64,000 nt of DNA from Campylobacterota bacterium (lineage in GTDB: Bacteria > Campylobacterota > Campylobacteria > Campylobacterales > Arcobacteraceae), in assembly GCA_051746405.1 (NCBI GenBank), contig JBNJFB010000005.1, positions 1,993 through 65,992 of the forward strand. The letters are read 5' to 3'. Below are positions 60,724-64,000 of the stretch, piece after piece. The position numbers and the translations under genes were made by a program. Numbering within the stretch: position 1 is the stretch's first letter; each line of letters begins with the position of its first letter. The notes under the pieces were generated by a model. That model did no database searches. It worked only from the letters and a program-made list of their open reading frames with translations, and had not been told where the DNA came from.

Positions 60724-63219
60724 ATGAAAGCAATAATTCTAGCAGGTGGTTTTGGAACAAGAATCCAACCACTTACAAACTCACTTCCAAAACCAATGTT
60801 ACCAATACTCAATCGTCCAATGATGGAACATATTATTTTAAAACTACGTGATGAGTTAGATATAAAAGAGATGGCAATTTTACTTTACTTTAAACCTGAA
60901 ATTATTAGAGAATATTTCGGTGATGGCAGTAGATTTGGTGTAAAATTAACTTATATAGAACCCGATGATGACTATGGAACAGCAGGTGCTGTTTCATTTG
61001 CAAGGGATTTTTTAGATGATACGTTTATCATAGTAAGTGGTGATTTAGTAACAAATTTCAATTTTAAAGCCATAGAGAAATTTCACAAAAAGAAAAAATC
61101 ACAATTTACAATTACGCTAACTAGTGTTGAAGACCCTCTACAGTTTGGTGTAGTTATTGCAGATGAAAATAATAGAATAGATAAGTTTTTAGAAAAACCA
61201 AGCTGGGGAGAAGTATTTAGTGATACTATAAATACCGGCATTTATATAATAGAACCTGAAATATTAAACTTTATACCACATGGAGAAGATTTTGATTTTG
61301 CAAAAGACCTTTTTCCTACCCTTATGCAAAATAATATCCCATTATGGGGCTATAGTGAAAAAGGATACTGGAGAGATGTGGGAAATCCTCAAAGTTATAG
61401 AGAAGTATATGAAGATATTTTTAAAGGAGATATAACTCTACCTATAAAAGGTGAAGCAAAAAAGATTGATAATGGACTAGTTTACATATCAAAAGGAGTT
61501 GAGTTACCTGAAAAGTTAAGAGTAAAAGGTGTAGTTGTTTTAGATGAAAATGTTAAAATAAGTGAAGGCGTTACATTAGAAAATGCTTCTATTGGCAAAA
61601 ACTGTAAAATAAAAAAACATTCTGAAGTAACAAACACTATTTTATGGAATGATGTAACAATAGGCTCAAAATCTAAAATCAATAACTCTGTTATATGTAA
61701 CAACTCTCAAATAAAAGATGAAGTAAAAGCATCCTTAGGTGTAATAATAGCTGAAGGTTGTATAATATTTAAAAAAGTAAGTTTTGTAAAAGATATTATT
61801 ATATGGCCTAATAAAGTTATAGATGCTTCCTCAATAGTAAGTAATAATGTAATATGGGGTACAAAATATAAGTCTACTATTTTTGAAGAGGGAAAAGTAA
61901 CAGGAAGAACAAATATAGAACTTTCTGTACAAATGAGTACTAAACTTGCTGAATCTTTTGGTTCTATACTCCCTGTTGGTAGTAAAGTTTATATGTCAAG
62001 GGATTATCATAAAAGTTCAAGAATGATTAAGCGTGCTTTTCTTTCTGGACTTTTAGCAACTGGAATAAATGTTGATGACCTTTTTGATGTTCCCTCTAAT
62101 GTAATGAGACACTGTTTGTCTAATAATGATAATGTTATTGCAGGAGTTCATTTTAGACAATCAGTTGTTGATCCTTCAAATACTGAGATTATTCTTTATA
62201 CAAACGAAGGATTATCTATTGATACAAAACTATCAAAATCCATTGAGAGAATATTTTTTAGAGAGAATTTTAGAAGAGTTAACTATACTCAAATTGGTGA
62301 AATCACTGAAGAAATAGGAACAAAAAACAGATATGTAGATGCAGTTTTAGAAAAATTAAATCTTAATAGTTTTAAAAACAATGAGCTAAAAGTAGCTACA
62401 GATATTATGTTTGGTTCCACATCTGATATATATCCTAAACTTATGAATGAGTTAGCTATTGAAAATGTTGTATTAAATGCCTACAAAGATGATAAAAATC
62501 TATCAGGTGTAGCAAATATGATAGTAAAATCTCAAAAATATATGGAAAATATTGTAAAAGCAATGCAGCTAGACTGTGGTTTCTTAATCTATCCAAATGG
62601 TCAAAAACTTCAACTAATTGATGATAAAGGTGAACTTGTATATGACTATAAAACACTTCTTGTAATACTAACAATGTTAAATGAACAAACAAATAAAAAG
62701 CTAAAAGTTTTACTACCTGCTTGGGGTCCTGATTTTATAGAGTTCAAAAATCTACAAATAACTTATGAAAATTTATCTAAACTCAAAGCAAGTGAACTAA
62801 TGGAGTTTGATCTTATTGCTACAACTGATGGGCACTATTCATTTTGTGATTTTGGTCTAAATCGTGATGCCATTTTTTCAAGTTTTAAAATTCTTGAACT
62901 CATGCAAAAATCAGATATTAAAATATCAAAAATTGTAAAACAACTTCCAGAGTTTGTATTTAGAGGCGAAAATGTAGCTTGTCCTAGTGAATTTAAAGGA
63001 AAAATGATGAGAAAATTCCTTGAAGATGGAAAAGATAAAGAGACTAGTTCTATAGATGGTGTTAAAACTTGGATAAGTGAAGATGAATGGCTACTTATGG
63101 TTCCAGATGAACATGCAGACTATTTAAACATATATATTCAAGCACAAGATGACAAAAGTGCAAGTAAAATATTTTGGAGCTATCAAGATAAAATAGAAAA
63201 ATGGATTAGTGAAAAATAA
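60724..63219 (+). CDS. Sugar-phosphate nucleotidyltransferase + hexapeptide (LbH) + degenerate PGM/PMM fusion
   Basis: ILAGGFGTRIQPLT..PKP, VSGD, FLEKP, YWRDVG; LbH repeats; PGM fold with YPNGQ in place of DxDxD. Confidence 0.85.
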   Translation: MKAIILAGGFGTRIQPLTNSLPKPMLPILNRPMMEHIILKLRDELDIKEMAILLYFKPEIIREYFGDGSRFGVKLTYIEPDDDYGTAGAVSFARDFLDDTFIIVSGDLVTNFNFKAIEKFHKKKKSQFTITLTSVEDPLQFGVVIADENNRIDKFLEKPSWGEVFSDTINTGIYIIEPEILNFIPHGEDFDFAKDLFPTLMQNNIPLWGYSEKGYWRDVGNPQSYREVYEDIFKGDITLPIKGEAKKIDNGLVYISKGVELPEKLRVKGVVVLDENVKISEGVTLENASIGKNCKIKKHSEVTNTILWNDVTIGSKSKINNSVICNNSQIKDEVKASLGVIIAEGCIIFKKVSFVKDIIIWPNKVIDASSIVSNNVIWGTKYKSTIFEEGKVTGRTNIELSVQMSTKLAESFGSILPVGSKVYMSRDYHKSSRMIKRAFLSGLLATGINVDDLFDVPSNVMRHCLSNNDNVIAGVHFRQSVVDPSNTEIILYTNEGLSIDTKLSKSIERIFFRENFRRVNYTQIGEITEEIGTKNRYVDAVLEKLNLNSFKNNELKVATDIMFGSTSDIYPKLMNELAIENVVLNAYKDDKNLSGVANMIVKSQKYMENIVKAMQLDCGFLIYPNGQKLQLIDDKGELVYDYKTLLVILTMLNEQTNKKLKVLLPAWGPDFIEFKNLQITYENLSKLKASELMEFDLIATTDGHYSFCDFGLNRDAIFSSFKILELMQKSDIKISKIVKQLPEFVFRGENVACPSEFKGKMMRKFLEDGKDKETSSIDGVKTWISEDEWLLMVPDEHADYLNIYIQAQDDKSASKIFWSYQDKIEKWISEK

Positions 63220-63220
63220 A

Positions 63221-63242
63221 GGTAGAGATTAATTTCTCTGCC
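63221..63242 (+). terminator. Stem-loop after the nucleotidyltransferase gene
   Basis: GGTAGAGA-ttaatt-TCTCTGCC, 8-bp stem with one G-U pair; no clear U tract. Confidence 0.45.
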
Positions 63243-63261
63243 CTCTTACCACTCCATATCG

Positions 63262-64000
63262 TTAATATTTCTTCCACTCAAACTTAGATATATTTCGCTT
63301 ATTGGTATCAAACTCTATACCTACAAGGTAAATATCTTTATTTTGGTTTGTGTAGCCTGAAGCATAGTTGTTATCTTTTATTTGTTGTAGTGCATCACCT
63401 TTGCCAACTATTTTAAACTCTAACACATAAATTACATCATCCATATTAATAGTTAAATCTATTCGCCCTTTGTTATTTGAATCTTCACCTATGATTCTCA
63501 TTCCTAATGATTGTAAATAGATAAAAAACACACTTGCATAAAATCCTTCATAATTTGCTATAGAATTATTAGTATAGTTATTATGAGGAATAGAATCAAA
63601 TACAGCTACAAGTGAAGCTTTTAAATTATCCATATCTTTTTCTAGTAAGCTTTTGTAAATATTAGTTTTCTTTTGAAGTAATCTATCATCTTCAATAAGA
63701 TAGTAAATAATATAATCAGCAAATGATTGCCTTACTTCTTTATTTGGTAGCTTCAAGTTATATTGTTGTGTTCCAAAAAGTGTAGTTTCTACTTTATCTA
63801 TAGTTAAATATCCACTTTGATACAGTATTACTTCTAAATCAAGATTTTCAATATCAAAGCTGTTAAGTAGTTTTTCATCAACTTTCAAATCAGTAAGAGC
63901 AGGTAAGAAATAATTTTTCTTCTTAATGAGCTTCATTAGAAATGTAGGAGTTCCACTTTCAAACCAGTAGTTACTATATTGAAAGTCATTGTCTATAAAC
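63262..64000 (-). CDS. AAA-ATPase-like / PD-(D/E)XK nuclease protein, C-terminal part (runs off window end)
   Basis: Frame is open upstream of the track Met to the window edge (YWFESGTPTFL); QSGYLT, EGFYAS, GRIDL...LEFK, ALQQIK..Y. Confidence 0.88.
   Translation of the reverse strand, partial: FIDNDFQYSNYWFESGTPTFLMKLIKKKNYFLPALTDLKVDEKLLNSFDIENLDLEVILYQSGYLTIDKVETTLFGTQQYNLKLPNKEVRQSFADYIIYYLIEDDRLLQKKTNIYKSLLEKDMDNLKASLVAVFDSIPHNNYTNNSIANYEGFYASVFFIYLQSLGMRIIGEDSNNKGRIDLTINMDDVIYVLEFKIVGKGDALQQIKDNNYASGYTNQNKDIYLVGIEFDTNKRNISKFEWKKY

Noticed and set aside
1764-62692. Numerous 60-150 aa ORFs in the track overlapping long genes (e.g. 6128-6478, 32026-32487, 44968-45213, 55685-55954)
   Set aside because: They are antisense or off-frame shadows of well-supported CDSs, with no motifs or RBS support
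63243-63258. ...TTACCACTCCA resembling a tRNA/tmRNA 3' end (att site)
   Set aside because: No T-loop (GTTCRA) or acceptor-stem pairing is present
1-64000. CRISPR arrays, rRNA/tRNA genes, IS elements, integrases
   Set aside because: No regularly spaced repeats, no structured-RNA-like intergenic stretch, and no transposase or recombinase motifs were seen

Overview
AT-rich bacterial chromosome segment. The dapE, mutS2, mog, bioV-ftsH2-mtaB-mscS-aroB gene set and the OmpR-type regulators point to a free-living Campylobacterota, most like Arcobacteraceae (inference). The first ~31 kb is mainly housekeeping and signalling genes. It also holds a two-module 22-aa-repeat protein, an HxlR/MdaB/nitroreductase redox module, a ceo-like synthase, and a 1.36-kb ATPase-nuclease cassette bracketed by an exact 73-bp duplication of the dapE 3' end. 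From ~34.7 to 63.2 kb lies one contiguous metabolic cluster. It combines an all-GH57 glycogen system (GlgA, GH57 branching enzyme, amylopullulanase, 4-alpha-glucanotransferase, short GlgP, GalT-like protein, NTP-transferase/PGM fusion, DUF4912), most of EMP glycolysis (ROK kinase, Pgi, ATP-PfkA, FbaA, GapA, Pgk, Eno) and a group 3d bidirectional NAD(P)-linked [NiFe]-hydrogenase (hoxEFUYH plus hoxW). A perfect FNR-type box lies in the divergent fbaA/hoxE region. Three cluster proteins lack canonical catalytic motifs: the FBPase homologue, the PGM domain and the GlgP PLP-lysine. The best candidate for a new system is a co-regulated glycogen-storage / fermentative H2-cycling module, possibly with pseudoenzyme regulators. 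No rRNA, tRNA, CRISPR array, integrase or transposase was recognised. All motif comparisons were done by eye; no database searches were run.
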